Positions 35,701 to 49,873 of a stretch of 64,000 bases of DNA are shown here, piece by piece. The stretch covers positions 41,761 through 105,760 of the forward strand of contig CAJINV010000028.1 of NCBI GenBank assembly GCA_905178155.1, given 5' to 3'. Both the position numbers and the translations under genes were made by a program. Every line of letters starts with the position of its first letter. Positions within the stretch are counted from its first letter, which is position 1. The stretch is from Amoebophrya sp. A120. Lineage: Eukaryota; Protista; Dinoflagellata. The notes below the pieces were generated by a model that was not told the origin of the DNA, made no database searches, and worked only from the letters and a program-made list of their open reading frames with translations.

Positions 35701-38700
35701 AAGCATCAAACTGAAAATGCTTCTTTGAATCAGCGTCGTATTTTCCGGGCGGAAGCAGAAGACTGTAGTTCCCGAAAGTCGCCTCCACGTTTGCTTCCAA
35801 CTTATCAGAGTAGTACTTGGCTCCAAGCGTTCGCCCATTCCAAATGTTTGCATCAAATTGGTAGCCGAAACACACCGCGGTGCTTTCGAAATCATGGTCG
35901 CAGGCGTACTTCGCCTCCGCCGCGGAGCCGTAGAATCTCGGCGTGTAGAAGCCATCGCAGAAGTAGTCCTCCTTCGTTTCGTACTTTTGGCAACAATTCT
36001 CCACGTCCGGCTGATCTTGAAACTTCGTCCCGTAGTTGCAGTGTTCGGTGGTGCAGAAGTTCAAGATCCTTTCCGAAGAAAACGCTTCCTGATCCGTAGC
36101 AATAGAGTGGTCCGCGCAGTTCAGATCTGTCAGCTCTGCCTGCGCTTCTGATGGCTGCAACGTGAACCATTTCGCTGGACTATCAGTTGCTCCTGAAGCT
36201 GTCGTGAAAATGTTGAGCAAGTCCGGTGTAACAGCAGTGTCAAACGGACAAACCGCCCTTCTCGTGCAGCAATTGACTTCGTCCTGCTCCTCGTTACAGT
36301 AGTGGTCTGTGCAGTGCTTCTGTGGCCTATTCGCGTTCTGGACAAACCCCTCGGTGAAACTCGGGCAACTCTTCGGCCCGGCTACCGGGGCAAAAAAGCC
36401 CTGCGCACAGGTCGGCGTATGGCAGCAAGTTGCTTTTTTATTCGGGATTTTTGTCACGTCAAAATTTGTATCGAGTAGTGTTGTCGGTGGTATCCAAAGG
36501 AAAAATCCCTCCTCCCCATATTATCGAAAAGGAGATTAGTGATGCTGGATTTGCGTACACAAATCTTCACATCTGTCTTCTAGTAAAGGACAGCACGCAG
36601 ACACGCAAGATTTTTACTACAAATCGCCTGCATATTATTATTAACGTGGCGGACAGCCTGCGCTTGCCTTCCTGCAAGACGGGCGCGATTTGTGGCCACA
36701 AATCTGCATCACAAATTTTCAGACGGATGCGTTTTCAATAGGGGGTTGGAAGATTTTTCCTTGCAATAGGCGGCTTCGGGTTTCCGTACGCGTGTTCCAC
36801 CGTGCATTATCCTATGTAAAAACGTCCCCACCCCATAATCAAGATGGGGAATCGGCTACACCAATCCACAAGCTTTGGCTGTTTTGCATGAGAAATCTGG
36901 ACTCGCAGCGTAGTGCTGTTGGAGCTAGATTAGCAGCGTCACAGATCTAGTATATCATGAAGATCATTGGAGCATGGCAAATTGCAAAACACGACTATAA
37001 AATCCAATGCTGCTCATGGGGCTCCGCATGAGAAACATTCTGAGCATGCAGATTTGCATTACAACTCTGGGGTGGGGGCATTTTTAAATACAATATGCAC
37101 CAGGTGTGCCCCACGTCGTCCCCACCCTCGGCTAGTTCTTCTTTGTATTTGTCGATCCCCGCTTGCCCCCCTCCTGCCGTCTCTTTCAAAAACAGCCCGC
37201 CACACATCGTGCCCCGGGTGCAGCACGTGAACGCATCCAGCTTCTGACCCGGTTCGGCATCGCGGCTGTAGTTCGGTTCGTAACGATAAGGTTCGTCGGG
37301 TGCTGGAGGTACTCCGCGTTTGAGTGCGCCATACGCGGGACCAAAACCCTCTGTCGCACAGTCCCCCTTGTCGCCTCCGGACCCGTCGCCCGCATCCAGC
37401 CAGTCGATGCAGTTGTCGTCGCAGCCCCGCAGCTGGACAAACTCTCCTATGAGAGAATACAAATTTCCCCGATACAGCATGTACAAGATGCACCACAAAT
37501 GATTTCATCAATGTAGAGTGTAAGAACGCTTGTCATGCTAAACGAGCATCGAAGCCCAGTTTTGTCATGCAGAGACTGCGTTTGTACGTCTACGTCGTGT
37601 ACGGAAAACTTACTTTGGTGGATAGCTCCTGCTGCGGGACAACGGAACTTTACGCCGGACGTTGCGTAGCCGTCGCCTAGATGCCACCCGGTATGGAAGC
37701 GTCAGGACCGAAATCGACAAAATATTTGAAAAATAAAATCTTTTTTTTCAGCATGCATATTGCAGCAGAAAATTAATTGCACAATACAAAAAATCGATTG
37801 CCTGATATTGGACCTACAGTTTAATATAGTCGGCGCACGACCAATTTTCCCCGCGCTGGGACCGAATCTCTCATGCTGTTTGGGGCAAAGGAGCTCCCTT
37901 CTGTTATGCTAGTCAACAACCCACCCCTTGAAGATCAAGACCCTTAGCAGGACTAGAATCAGCCTCCCTACTTGCATCCTCTGCAATGGAGGGACCCTCT
38001 GCGTCGCACTTTATGCATGACAGATTAAATTACTTATTTCAACTTTGTCGATTTCGAAGATCCTGACACTCCCACACCCGGCACGGCAGCCGTACTTCCC
38101 GGCAACAGCCGAGAAGACTTGTGGGCCCTGCTTCCCGGGGTAGAGGTTCCCGTGTTTCAGGATTTGTTTCCAGGTCGAGGGATCCGCAATCGCGTAGGGC
38201 TCCGTTTGCGTGTCCGGTCCGGTTGGCGCTTTGCAGGCCTCGATGCAGCAGTCGTTGAGGCAATCCTGCTTGTTGAATGGCCGCGCGTTGCAGAAGTGTT
38301 TCGCCTCGTCACGAAGCCAGTAGGTTCCTGGTGTCGGGGAACCGTCCCTCTCGCTGCAGTTCACGGCATCGCATTTTGCCCAGCACTTCACTTCCCGCCG
38401 GCCCTGGAAGGACTGGCCTTGCGGGTTCGGGTCAGACGCGGTGCGTCCCACATTTTCGCGGAGTTTGTAGTTGCTGTCACATGTGGTGCAGAGCTGGAAG
38501 TTTTTCCCGGGGCAGTCATTGGTGTCGGGCTCGACCACTCCGCTCGCGCATTGACACTGGAAATGATCACAGCTGCCATCCATTGCGGTCGCGGGCTGTC
38601 CCGGCACCGCGCAGCGAACTTTCTGGTGCGTGTGCGGCTGACTCCCGACAAAGCCCGAGGCACACTGCATGACGTGGCCTGTCCCGGTTTCGGGGTACAT

Positions 38701-41700
38701 CTCCGGGTGCTGACCGAGAACATCATGCCACTTGTTTGGTGAATATTTCGTGCCCGCGTGGTTGACTTTGTCAAATCTTTCCTTCGTCGCGTCCGTGGGT
38801 GGCTCACATCGTTGTTTGCAGTTTTTAAACTTCAACTCCTCTCCTTCTCCAGGACACTGGAATTCCGGTAAGCCGATGTGCGTACCTGTGCAGCGAAAAC
38901 CTTCTTCGTAGCTTCGCCAGCCAGTCCCGGGCCTTGCAGCAACGCCGAGCGACCAGGATCCAAAAAGCCAATCGGGCCCTTTTCCCTGGTGCATTTCGTA
39001 CCCGGTGTCCGCACTCGGCCAATGGCAGGCAGTCTCGCAACAGGTCGCGAAGTCTTGATGCCCGCTATTGCTACTACACTGGTTGCTCGCGCACGTTCTC
39101 TGGGAATTCGTATTCGCGTCAGCCTTGAGCCAGTTGATATTCCCGCATACGTCCTGATTGCACTTCTCGTAGCAATGTCGAAATTGAAGCGCCCCTCCCG
39201 CGGTGGGACAGCGGTATTCGGGAGTGTGGGAAAGCTGCCGATGGGTGGACGCGCAGATGAAGCCGTTGCTGTACGACTCCCACCCCTCGTTGGCCGTGGG
39301 GTTTTGCAGCGGCCGTGCGCCCTTTGCACTCGTCGAACGGAACAACTCGCTCTGTGCTGTGCTGCCTTTCATCGTGTAGCCCTCTCTCTCGCTCTCGGTC
39401 GTGGGCCAGGAGCACCTGCTCAGACAGCAGTTGTTACGGTCCGCTGCAACGGCGTGCTGACAGGTCGCACTGGCGCAGACCAGCGTGGCGGCTCCGGGGC
39501 TCGCTTCGCCAGGATTGCGGTCCCAGTCGTGGTTTGCACTGCAAACGTCACCCGCTTCTGTCCCCACGCCGCATTTTTGCAAGCAGCAGGTGGCTTTGTC
39601 TTCGGCATCGGTACCGCATCTGTTCGTTTGACACAGGTTGTTCGTCCCGGGCTTCAGCTGAAAGTTGACAGCAGCACTGTTGCTGTCACCACTACAGGCC
39701 TGGAGGGTGCACCGTTCTCGACACCCCTGGAAGTGCAGCTTTCCGTTACTCCCTGTGCAGCGGTACTCCGCTGTTCCGGTATGCGTGCTCGAGTCGCACA
39801 GCACTTTTGGGGCCGGTGCCCGGTTGGCCGCGGTGCCAATTATCCAGTTCGTGACCCCCGGCTCATCCGGCACGGCAGTCCGGATTAAATGCGTAAAGGT
39901 CCCATTACACGCTGGCGTTGGTGGATAATTTTTGCCGTCCATGAGGTGTGTGCACTGTTCTCCGGAGCCTACTACTTCGAACATGTAGCCCCGATAGTGA
40001 TCCTTACCCCAGACGGGTGTGCAGCCAAGGTGGCAGCAGGTAGCCACGTCGGGCGCGTCATCCGCGAGCGTGTAGTTCACATTTATAACCCCCCAGCTCC
40101 TCGGCGGGATGAGGCACTTGAAATCCTCGCACCTTTCATTTGCCCTCGCGGGGTTGTAGAAATAGCGCCGCCACCCATGTGTGCTGTTTTCCTTTCCTTG
40201 CAGCCTCAGCCAGTCGTGGTATCCGACGTCATTGATCTTTGCGAAACCGCTGGCACAGGTTTCCTGGCAGCAGACTTTGGCGTCAGGACCACTCCCATCG
40301 CCCTCGGCCACATTACACTTGTCCCCTCCAAGCGCGCACCAATCGTCGTCGCCTTGTCGTTTCAACCGTCCGCCGCCACACGTACCCGTACTAGAATGCC
40401 CGCACTTTTTTACGCAGCACTTCTCTTTATCATCTGCGTTGGAGTGGGAGCATCGCTGCCCGGCGCAGACCCCGTCTGGGTTGCGCTTTTTATACCACGT
40501 CTGCTCGTTTGTATCCGCCGTACACACCGATGCTAGGCTCGCGGAGCCGCACTTTTCGTGGCAGTTCCTCAGCTCCAGCGCCACTCCGCCTCCCGAGGGA
40601 CATCTGTACTGCGCAGGCGAGTTTGCGTTTTTCGGCGCGTGCGTACTGGCGCAGCTCATTCCGGCTGTCTGCCATCCGGATCCAGGTCGAACAGCCCGGT
40701 TGTGTTTCGCGTCCACGAGTTGGGCCCATTGGTAGTCCCCTTCCAGTGCGTACCCGTGAGTGTCCAAGTCGCTGAGAGTGCACGCCGGGAGCTGGCAACA
40801 CTTTTGCCGATCCAGTGCCACGGTACAAGAGGATTCGGAGCACAGGTCCGCGTTACTACTCGACAGCCAGCTATCGGCCCCGCAGATCTCGTGCTGGCTA
40901 CTGGACTTGCACCTCTCCCGACACTTGGAAACCACGAGCTTGTGAGTGTCGTCACACCCCGAACAGACATGGGCGCCGTGCGAGGTGCAGGCGGAACCTA
41001 CTTGCGCCGTTCCACCGGGACAGGTGCAGACCTTCCACTCGCACGAGAAATCGCTGCGGAGTTGGTACCCGTTGTCGCAGCTTTCGCAGTGGTTCGTGTT
41101 GTGTGTGGGGCAGGCGGTTCCGGAGGTCGGGGTCCCGTTCTGGCAGGTGCACACCTTCAACTCGCTCTGCTGCACCCCGTCCCGATTCACGAGATAGTAG
41201 CCGGGATTGGCACTCTGGCAGGCGTTAGGACGCTTCGCCTCCGGCGTGTTTTCGCATTCGGGATTGATCAAAGGTCTTCCGTTTGCGCACCCGCACTCCG
41301 CGACAATGGCCACCTCCTCGCAGCAGATAGTCAGTATGTATCCGCAGGTTGTGGGCTCATGTGCCTGGTTTTTCGGCTGCCGGTTGCAATACTCGGGCTT
41401 GACCTTGACGTCGGTCGTTCGCGCTACGCCGTTGCCGCAACCACGGGTGTCGCCCTGTGTGTACTCGGCACTCACAGACGAGTCGTCCTCCTGGACCGGG
41501 TCACTGCTAGAAAGGTATCCGGTCGAGAGCATGTTGGTAGTCAGGTCGCACACGGTTGCGCTCTCTCCGCACTGCACCGCCTCCCATTTGGAAGTGGAGC
41601 CATCATATCCCAACGCGTAATGAAAAACTTTGCCCGCGGCTTGCGAGCGGAAGTCCCAAAATTGCACAAGGTTTCCCTCGGTAGGCTTGACGAACTCGAT

Positions 41701-41943
41701 GCCGCGCCGGCCGTCGCTGCATTCGTACGCGTTGACGACGTAGTTGTAGTTCTTGCTCACGTTCTGAAGATGCGGAAAAAGTAGAAGTGCCAACTGTAGA
41801 AAAAAGAAAAAGAGAAAGCCATCTTTTATCCGTCGCGTACTAGCTCTAGCGCAACTTCTTGCGGTACGCAAGAATACTAGAAACGTCACGGGGAGTGGAG
41901 GTCGCGCTGTGGCACTAAAAGAAGTCGCTCTTGACGTGGTCAT
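32719..41943 (-). CDS. Large Cys-rich type-I membrane/surface protein (~2,600 aa) with an MRH-like domain
   Basis: ORFs 38011..42057, 36995..37498, 34367..36457 and 32719..34233 join across introners at 37692-38076, 37448-37624, 36808-37095, 36491-36768 and 34205-34515. Features: N-terminal hydrophobic FLFFFFLQLALLLF; MRH-like YTQGD-x3-C-NGVARTTDV...EPTTCGY; CxCxxG..CxxCxxGY repeats; TM YGGLYVLLAIHVFSWLFVL; AFG/AFQ-repeat tail. Confidence 0.8.
34205..34515. mobile_element. Introner-like intron, GAAAAATC..CCCCATAT family
   Basis: TIRs; flanks CAATG/CAACG; the empty paralogous site at 21430-21434 has a single CATCG. Confidence 0.9.
36491..36768. mobile_element. Introner-like intron, same family as 34205
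   Basis: TIR AAGGAAAAATC / GATTTTTCCTT; flanks GGTGG/GGCGG. Confidence 0.85.
36808..37095. mobile_element. Introner-like intron, AAAAACGTCCCCA family
   Basis: TIRs; flanks TGCAT/TGCAC; internally similar to 43753-44032. Confidence 0.9.
37692..38076. mobile_element. Introner-like intron, GTCAGGACCGAAA family
   Basis: TIR TATGGAAGCGTCAGGA / TCCTGACACTCCCACA; perfect flanking CCCGG; related copy at ~56841-57157. Confidence 0.85.
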
Positions 41944-42985
41944 TATGTCGTCCTTTGATGTGCGACGACACAGCGGAGGACGTCGTGGACGAGGTGAGAA
42001 AGCGGAACAGGGGAGCTGTTGCCGGGGCGCTCGCAAGTACTCGCTGCCCACCTCCACCTCAAGGGTCTACGAGCCGTTGGAATAAATTTATTTCGCGCTC
42101 TCCTTCCCAGCATCGAGCCATCTTTTACTTTCCGGCGCATCATAGTACAGTACGGAGCAGCGGCCACTGCAGATTCATCACCTTCCACTACTTGCAGCGT
42201 TCTTCTGAATCAAAAAAATTCGAAATGGTTTTACTGAGATTCTGCAAGAACTGTCGTGCTAGTACTCATAGGATTTTAGAAAGAGCGTCTTTTTGGGGGC
42301 GACGGGATGTTGAAGTCGTTTTTTTTGCAGCTCAATGCGACGCACAAGGAAATCCACAGCTCTTTGTCTTACCACAAGCAACATCAAGAATGGATCACAA
42401 CACAAAGATTTTTTACCGCCAGTACATGCATCAAAAATTTCCTTTCCAGTAGTCTCGGAGCGGCATCGCATAACATTATTGATATTTTGTTCACATTTTT
42501 GAACGTCGCGCCTCCTGCTTCTTTTGTTGAACACACAATCCATCACACAGGAAGTTTGCAGCTTCCGCTCCGCGCAAAACAAAGTTGCCGGTCTGCGAAA
42601 TACACATATACAAAGAAGAACCGTTGTCTGCTGCTTGATAAAGTTGGCCGAGAGAAGCAAAAATTGATATTGAATCATCAATGGTGGCGCCGCATCAGTT
42701 TATTTTCAATTGCCACTCGTGAGTAGAACGGCGTCGCGCAGTTCGAAGCTCAAAACGAAGCCTCTACAGAGACATGTTGCTTGGGTATCTCAAAATCAAA
42801 ATCCGGACGCTTAGTTGTAATCACGAAGGGTGTTGTTCAATACCCCAGAGCAGTGTTTCTCGCATCTTCGTATGTTTGTCTAAACCGCATGACAAAGTGC
42901 TAGCGGGGAAGGACCAATTCTTTTTTCTCCTCCGGCGGCATTTCGTTTTTATCACCCGTCCGTGGCTTGACACAGTCGGTTGCAA

Positions 42986-44881
42986 TATCAAATGTAAAAA
43001 TGTCTGGGTCTGGAAGATTCTGACTCTGAGACTTGTCATGCATGTTTTGCATGACCCAGGACGTCGTCTGTAATGCACGCCCTAGCATCACAGATTTTTA
43101 GAGAGCTTCCTGATGCCTACTCCGCATGACAAACGCCCTCCTCGCGTAGCACAAACTAGACTCCTCTTGCTGGTCATGCAATACAGAGTTTCTCAGAGTC
43201 CGAAGCTAGCATCACAAGTTCCAGCCTTCCAGACCCAGACATTTTTGCATTTGATATGCAAGAACCGAAACCGAATCGTCGTGCTTCCATTTCACGCGGA
43301 CACGCTGTGCGCCATCCTCCTCGGTCACCATCCCAAAGTGGTCGCACGGCTTCCACTATCAACTGTAAAAATGTCTGGGTCTGGAAACTTGTGATGCTGG
43401 GTGGCGCATGATTGAAGCGCTTCCAATGGCAGCCAAGCATGACAAGTTTTTGAGAGGCCTTCTGATGCCTAGCACGCATGACAAATCCGTTTTTGCATGA
43501 CAAAGAAAGCTTCTCTTTTGCTGCTTATGCAACACAGATTTTCCAGGAATGCATGACACGCATTACAAGTTCCACTTTTCCAGACCCAGACATTTTTACA
43601 TTTGATATCCACTTCTCTTCTGGCTGAAAGTAACCCCACAGTCTTTTCTTTTTCTGCCGGATGACTACGTTATCACCAGCCAGGACCTCTTCGGCGTTGT
43701 CGTGCTCCCACCGGACGAGAATTCTTCTATTTTTCTCCTGCTGCGTAGTAGTTATCCTATGCAAAAACGTCCCCACACCATAGTCAAGATGAGGGATTGG
43801 CTAGACAAATCCACAAGTTTTGGCTGTCTTGCATGACAAACTTGGACTCGTAGCGTAATGCTGTTTGAGCTATCTCAGCAGCATCACAGACGTAGTGCAT
43901 CATGCTGATTGGAGCATGACAAATTGCAAAACACGATTAGAAAATGCTTCTCATGGGGCTCCGCACGAGAAACAATTTCGGCATGCAGATTTACAATACA
44001 ACTATGGTGTGGGGACGTTTTTACATAGGATAGTAGTTTCATCTTCCGTAGCGCTATTCTTGTTCATCTTCTTGTGACGTTTCATTTCCGCCGGCAGTTC
44101 ACGCACGAACTCGCAATTCTTAAAATCCTCTGAGGGCTCATGCCGGCCGAACAGCTTTCGCTTATCAAGTACAAATTTTTTTGGGTCTGGAAACTTATGA
44201 TGCTGAACTGTGGGTTGTGATGACTGAAGCATGATTCTCGAATGCAGCCTGGCACGACAAGTTTGTTGTAAAAGCGCTAGCGCTTTGTCGTACAAAATTC
44301 TACATGAGAATGAAACTACATTTTTCCATGACAAAAGTGGATGTGCTTTCGTTTTTGGTAATGCAGAGCCGGTAGTTTTCTATTTATTCAAGGAATGACA
44401 ATGATGTCACGCCAGCATTACAAGTTTCAATCTTCCAGAACCTAGCATAATATTTGCAATGGATAGTGTCCCGGAGTGTAGGATGGTCCTTTCGACGCCG
44501 GAACCGAAGAGGCAGCCCTGAGTTCCGCCACGGGTAGTTTTTCATTTGCGACAATAGCCTGGTGCTTCGGCAACGAACTGGAGGTCGGAGCAGCCACTTT
44601 GTTGCCTTCCGCGGACTTTTATCAACTGCAAAAATGTCTGGGTCTGGAAGAATGCCAGACTTGTCATGCAGGTTTTCCATGACTCATGAGGTCTGGTATG
44701 TAGGACATAGCATGACAGATTCAGTGCGAGTTATATCATGCCTATCCTGCATGAGAAACTGACTCTCGATTCGGTCAAAAGTGAACAGCTTTTGGTAATC
44801 ATGCAACACAGATTTTTACATGATTCAGATCTAGCATGACAAGTGGCTTTGTTCCAGACCCAGACATTTTTGCATTTGATA
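42986..44881. mobile_element. Cluster of five introners (42986-43256, 43357-43607, 43753-44032, 44163-44465, 44620-44881) separating 100-155-bp exons
   Basis: Long TIRs; perfect 5-bp flanking repeats TGCAA, TCCAC, GTAGT and ACTTT for four of the five. Confidence 0.9.
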
Positions 44882-45504
44882 ACTTTTTTTTGCCTTCCAC
44901 GGACTCCACCGCTCCGCCTTGTTTTTTCACCTTTTTTCGCGAATAGCGGTCACTTGGATTCTTCAATGAGGAGAAAGAGAAACAACACGATTGGTTTCTC
45001 TTGCGTTAGCAGGTAGACTACTCGAAGATGAAAAGAAAACTCGGTGGTAAACTTTTGGTTGTGAAGATCACGAAAGTGTTCTTGCCAACCAGAGATGAAG
45101 ACACAAACCCTGACAACAAATCAAACTCAAGCAACTATTTAATACCAGGTTTAAACCTCCCTGGCTCCCTTTGCCAGTGATTGCGACACCAAAAGGATTG
45201 GCGAGAATGCCGGTCAGGTTATGCATTGCAAGGCTTTCCACCCCCTATTTCAACGCAAAGGATAGTAGCAACCACTTCCATACAAGACAAGTTTACTATC
45301 TAAATCATAATTGTGAATCGAATGGTGCAAATTGCCATTTCCCCGTACTCTGTAATGTCATGAACTTCGTACTTGCAATTCTGTCATTGCCACTTCCCCG
45401 TACTTGGGACGAAACGCAAAGATGAGAGCACGGAGAAAAGGATTATAATTCTGGCAAAAGACCAGGTGAAACTCTACCCCTGTGGTCTTCGACTGGCCGC
45501 GAAC

Positions 45505-48500
45505 TCACATGCGTCGCGCAAATAAATAAACCAAAACGACTCTAACATGCAGCGCTGCATGGAATTTCTGTCTGCTGAGTCTATAGGAGGCAGAAAATTT
45601 TGCACGAGCATAAGTCACGAAAGACTTTTTGCAGGACGTAGTGTAGGACTTCGCCTCTTTCTGGTTCTTGTTGCCTTTCTTGGTTCGCGTATGCCCTCCA
45701 CCATCAACTCCAGCATCTTCGTCGTCCCCCCCTGCCGCTGGCAGAGCCGTGTCGTGTTTCTGCTGGATTTTTCGTTTTTTGACTTGTGGCGCCTCCACCT
45801 CCTCGATGCTGTCGTCTTTTTTCATTACCTGTCGGTGTTGTGGTGATTATTGAAGTCCAGTCAGATGTAGATGCGTGACGCTCGTCCTGATAGAGCTCGC
45901 GCAACTTGCTGGGCTTGTATGTGCTTTGTGTATCCATAAAGCACGCGAGCCCTTGCGCTTCTTGCGCAAACAAAATGCCGACCAATGGAACACCAACAAG
46001 CCAAGTCTGTAAGTCGAAAAGTAGCCATGGAACTACTAGCAAAAGCACACGCCGCACCTTTTTCGCCTTGTTAACCTCCTCTCGGTTTGTTTTCGCAACC
46101 GTGCCTGCGTAGGCGCCCAGAATCTTTTTCCGCATTGTCTCCGAGTTCACGTGGCAGCTGGTGCTCATCGTGATCTTTTCGCCATGATCGAAAAAGTCCT
46201 TTTTATTGAGCACGTTGATGACCTTCAGCGTTAAGCAATACTTGTAGCAGCGATATGGGGTTCTCAGGCCTTACATTCTCAACTGTTAAGTGACTTGTCC
46301 TGCAAAATCAACCTCGATATCGACACGACACGACGAAGCTTTTTCGCATGGCAGATGATTCTCGAAGGGCTAAACAACATGGATTTCTGCGCTGAGTTTG
46401 TGGCGCGAGAGTAGCTGCAAGATCTTCCCCTTCGGCTTTGCTATTTTTGCATCACAGGAGCAAACTCATGGAGATGCGTTAACAGTTGAAAGCGTAGCGC
46501 TTCAGAGCAACACCATAGGCGAAAACTCCCACCCCCCTCGTTGCCCGGCCCTCCTTGGCCTGCCCGTGCTTTGCCGGAGTGCATATGCATTGCAAGAGTA
46601 TCGTCCTCGTTCTCGTATAAAAAAAATAAATGCATTTACAAACTTCCTCGCAAATAGTCTACCTCAAGAAAAAGATTTGCAAACGCATGAGTAATCCTTA
46701 AGAAAAAGATTTGCAAACGCATGACTGCAAAAATTACTACGAGCGCGATACTTTTGCACATGATAGTACAGCTCGATTCCGCATTCCTCGTCTATCCAAT
46801 GCAAATATGTCTGGGTATGGAAAGGTGGCGCAAACTTGTGACGCGTATCTCAAGAACTACACACAAGAATCTATCCTGCGCGGACAGCAAAAAGTGTCCA
46901 CTTCTTGGCACCGACAGAAGGGATCTGCCTTGCTGATAGTTAAGCACTGAGGCCCCTTCTCGAGTAGACTTTTGACTCTAGGACGGGGCCTGCAACATAC
47001 ATGGCAGACCTTCCGGGTTAGGCTCATGCGAAAAGAACATGGCGAGCACTTATCTGCATCCATCCAGCAACCCCAGACATATTTGCACTCGATACCCTCC
47101 GCCACCTCGCAAAACGCGACTGACTTATCGGCACCCCGTCCGATGACGACGATCTTCGCCCCCTTGGGAAGAAAAAACTCTCTCACAAACATAGTTTGGC
47201 GCAGCTTTTCGTTGGCGTCCGACTTTTTTTCCGCTTTCTGTTCGCCGCAGCGAAGCGAGTGCGACTGGAGGATCGGCGAGACGACTGCGAGGGCCTTCTT
47301 CAACGTGAGCGCTTTCCTACCGACTTCACCTGCGGCCTTCCCCAGCTCTTTCTGCAGTTTTCTTAGTGTGGACTTGTTCGCCCCGAAGCCGTCGCCTTTT
47401 TCTTCGAAGGGAGACCAACCTATGCAGCTGCTGAATGTTTGCCCCTTTGGAATCTGGCTGAGCTTGAAATCTTTGGCGAACTTCTCCTCGAACTTGGCCA
47501 CGATAGCCTCCGGCTTCGCCTTCTTCTTCTTTTTCTGTTGGAAGTCGTCGGCATCCTCGTTCCCCTTGTCGTTAGCATCGTAGTTCTCGCTGACGTGGTC
47601 CTCATCGTCCACGTTCTTGCGCTTCTTCGTGGACTTCTGTAGCAACAAAGGTGAACGAGAGTCCGCCTGTTGTGCAAGTTGTGTGAATGTACGAATCAAA
47701 AGTCAAAGTTTTTTTATGCTCAATATAGCATATTAGCGCTAAGACGTGTTTGTGAATCAAGGTGGCAACAAGAATGAAAAACCTTGATTGTGATGAAACG
47801 CAGCTCAGACTCTATCTTTAAAGCGTACACGTAGCTGCGGCTAAGAACCCAGCATTTCCAAGGCGAAGATGAGGTTGTAAACTCGAGTCCAGGGCGAACA
47901 TAACCGTTGTAAACATAAGCTGCGATTTACACAAAGCAAAAATACGTTCTTTGGGTTGTCGTGAGTTGCCTTCTCCTCGTTCTTTCCATCGTCCTGTTCG
48001 AGTTCACCCGGTACCAGGTTGAAGTTGGGGCTTTGCTTTTTCTGGTCATTAAACTCGAGCTGCGCCACCTCCTGCTTCTTGCTCTTCTTCTTTTTCGGTA
48101 TATATACCTCGACTTCGTGCTCCTTCTCCGGTGGCGGAGCCGCCTGTTTTGGAGGTCGAGCTGTGATCAAAAATTTCAGGGGAAACCACAGAAAGACCCA
48201 AAATGTCTTCTGCAAAGAATCCACACCCTCGGAATATCTATAGGAAGCAATCAATGGGCTGCCGTATGTTGAGGACTGTGATGTTTTCGCAAATGCTTTT
48301 CTAGCTTCAGCCTCGTCGCAGACACCTGCTTAAGCAGGCCCATCCGCGTAAGCTTCAACGCGAAACGGTGTACTATACGACATACCTTCTTGTTGTTGGC
48401 GAGCTCGCCTTCGTCTTTGATTTTCAGGCTTCCCTTTTTCAGCTTCTTCATCTCTACTGTGCACCTTGTAGGGAACAGCAGGCTGCGACGGGTACTCGCA

Positions 48501-48524
48501 AAGTGCGATCACGGGAAGAAGCAA
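45505..48524 (-). CDS. Hypothetical K/E/D-rich multi-exon gene(s)
   Basis: Protein-like ORFs 46857..47699, 47841..48254, 48251..48451, 45704..46213 and 45505..45825; introners at 46584-46765 and 46793-47094. Confidence 0.5.
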
Positions 48525-49873
48525 CCTGGCATGTAGGGCGGAAATGTCACAGAGAAAAAAGAAAACTCGAAATCACCACGGTGTCGGTGACTTTTCGTCG
48601 TAAATAAAATCCATCCAGGGCGGCACAGTGCGATAAATGTGCATTTATTTATCAAATAAAACACGACTTTGCGTGCGCTTGTTCAAGTCGTAAAGCTCCC
48701 TCCTCCCTCCCGCCCTAATGCAAAACAGCACAATTTCCTCATGCCTTCGCGAATACGAATAGAAACAAACGATAAACACAAACTCGGATCCAACATAGCA
48801 GCTGTTTTACTTTTCGTTTTTTCCCGAGCTAAACGTGTTGTAGTAACAGTATGAATATCCCTATCATAATGGCGGCGGGACCACGAGATGATTACTACGA
48901 AGTGCCATGTTGATCTACTTCTTTTTTATTGATCGATGGTGATCAATAAAAATTGACGATCTCAAAAAACAACACGCGGACCTTCGTGATCGGCGTAGTT
49001 GATCTCTGTTCGTTCCATACATTCAGGGGGCCAACAACTGAAAAGTATTAAAATCAGCACCAAAACCGCGGAGTGCGTGGCGATCCCGATGATCTCGTAT
49101 CGCGCTGCACCTGTCGACGTGGTCCTGCTGAACAATTGATGCAGAAACACTGACACTGAGTTGGAGTTCCACGACCTCCACGATAGATCATGGGCGGTTT
49201 TGTGATGATAAACGTGATGACCAACGAAGAGCATTCCGGCCCTACATGATCGGCAATGCCCCCGATCATCCGAATGTATAGCAAAATCAGAAAACTGTTA
49301 CTCGTACTCATACGGTGTGCTCGTCTGAATTGTTCCACTACGGAATTACTTTTCAGTTGTTTCATCATGATTTTCATTTTTCCATTTGGCAAGCACAAGG
49401 TCGTGGAGCTGCGGAACAAGAGATGACTCCGAGTCGCGGAACAACGTTAAAGATATTTTTGATGCAGAGACACCAGTTGATGTTGCGGTTTCGAAAGCCG
49501 TCGAAGACGAAGGGGCAATTGTCGCAGATAATCTTAATCTCATTCATCTGCAGTATCTATAAGTTGTTCATCGTAAAAATGATTACTATAGTTGCGTTGC
49601 GTTTTTTCGTCTGACCTGCAGCACTGGCTTTATCATTGATTTCTTTTTCTCATCAGCTTAAGCCAATTCGCATACTTATTACTGTTGTCGTTTTGGGCTT
49701 CGAGTCCTCGTCATGTCGCTGCACTCACTACAAGCCAACTGCGAGCGAGCGGGCGGTAATCATTCATCAGCCTGAGGAGCAAGCGGCACTCCTTCGTTTC
49801 AATCGTCCAATGGTGCTTGAAGTGGATCATTCAGAGTGGATAATTCCGTCATGTGCTGCAAAGACCTGTAGGC

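Noticed and set aside
38119-41784. Long plus-strand ORFs (e.g. 40558..41784, 38878..39888)
   Set aside because: These are antisense shadows of the GC-rich minus-strand Cys-rich gene.
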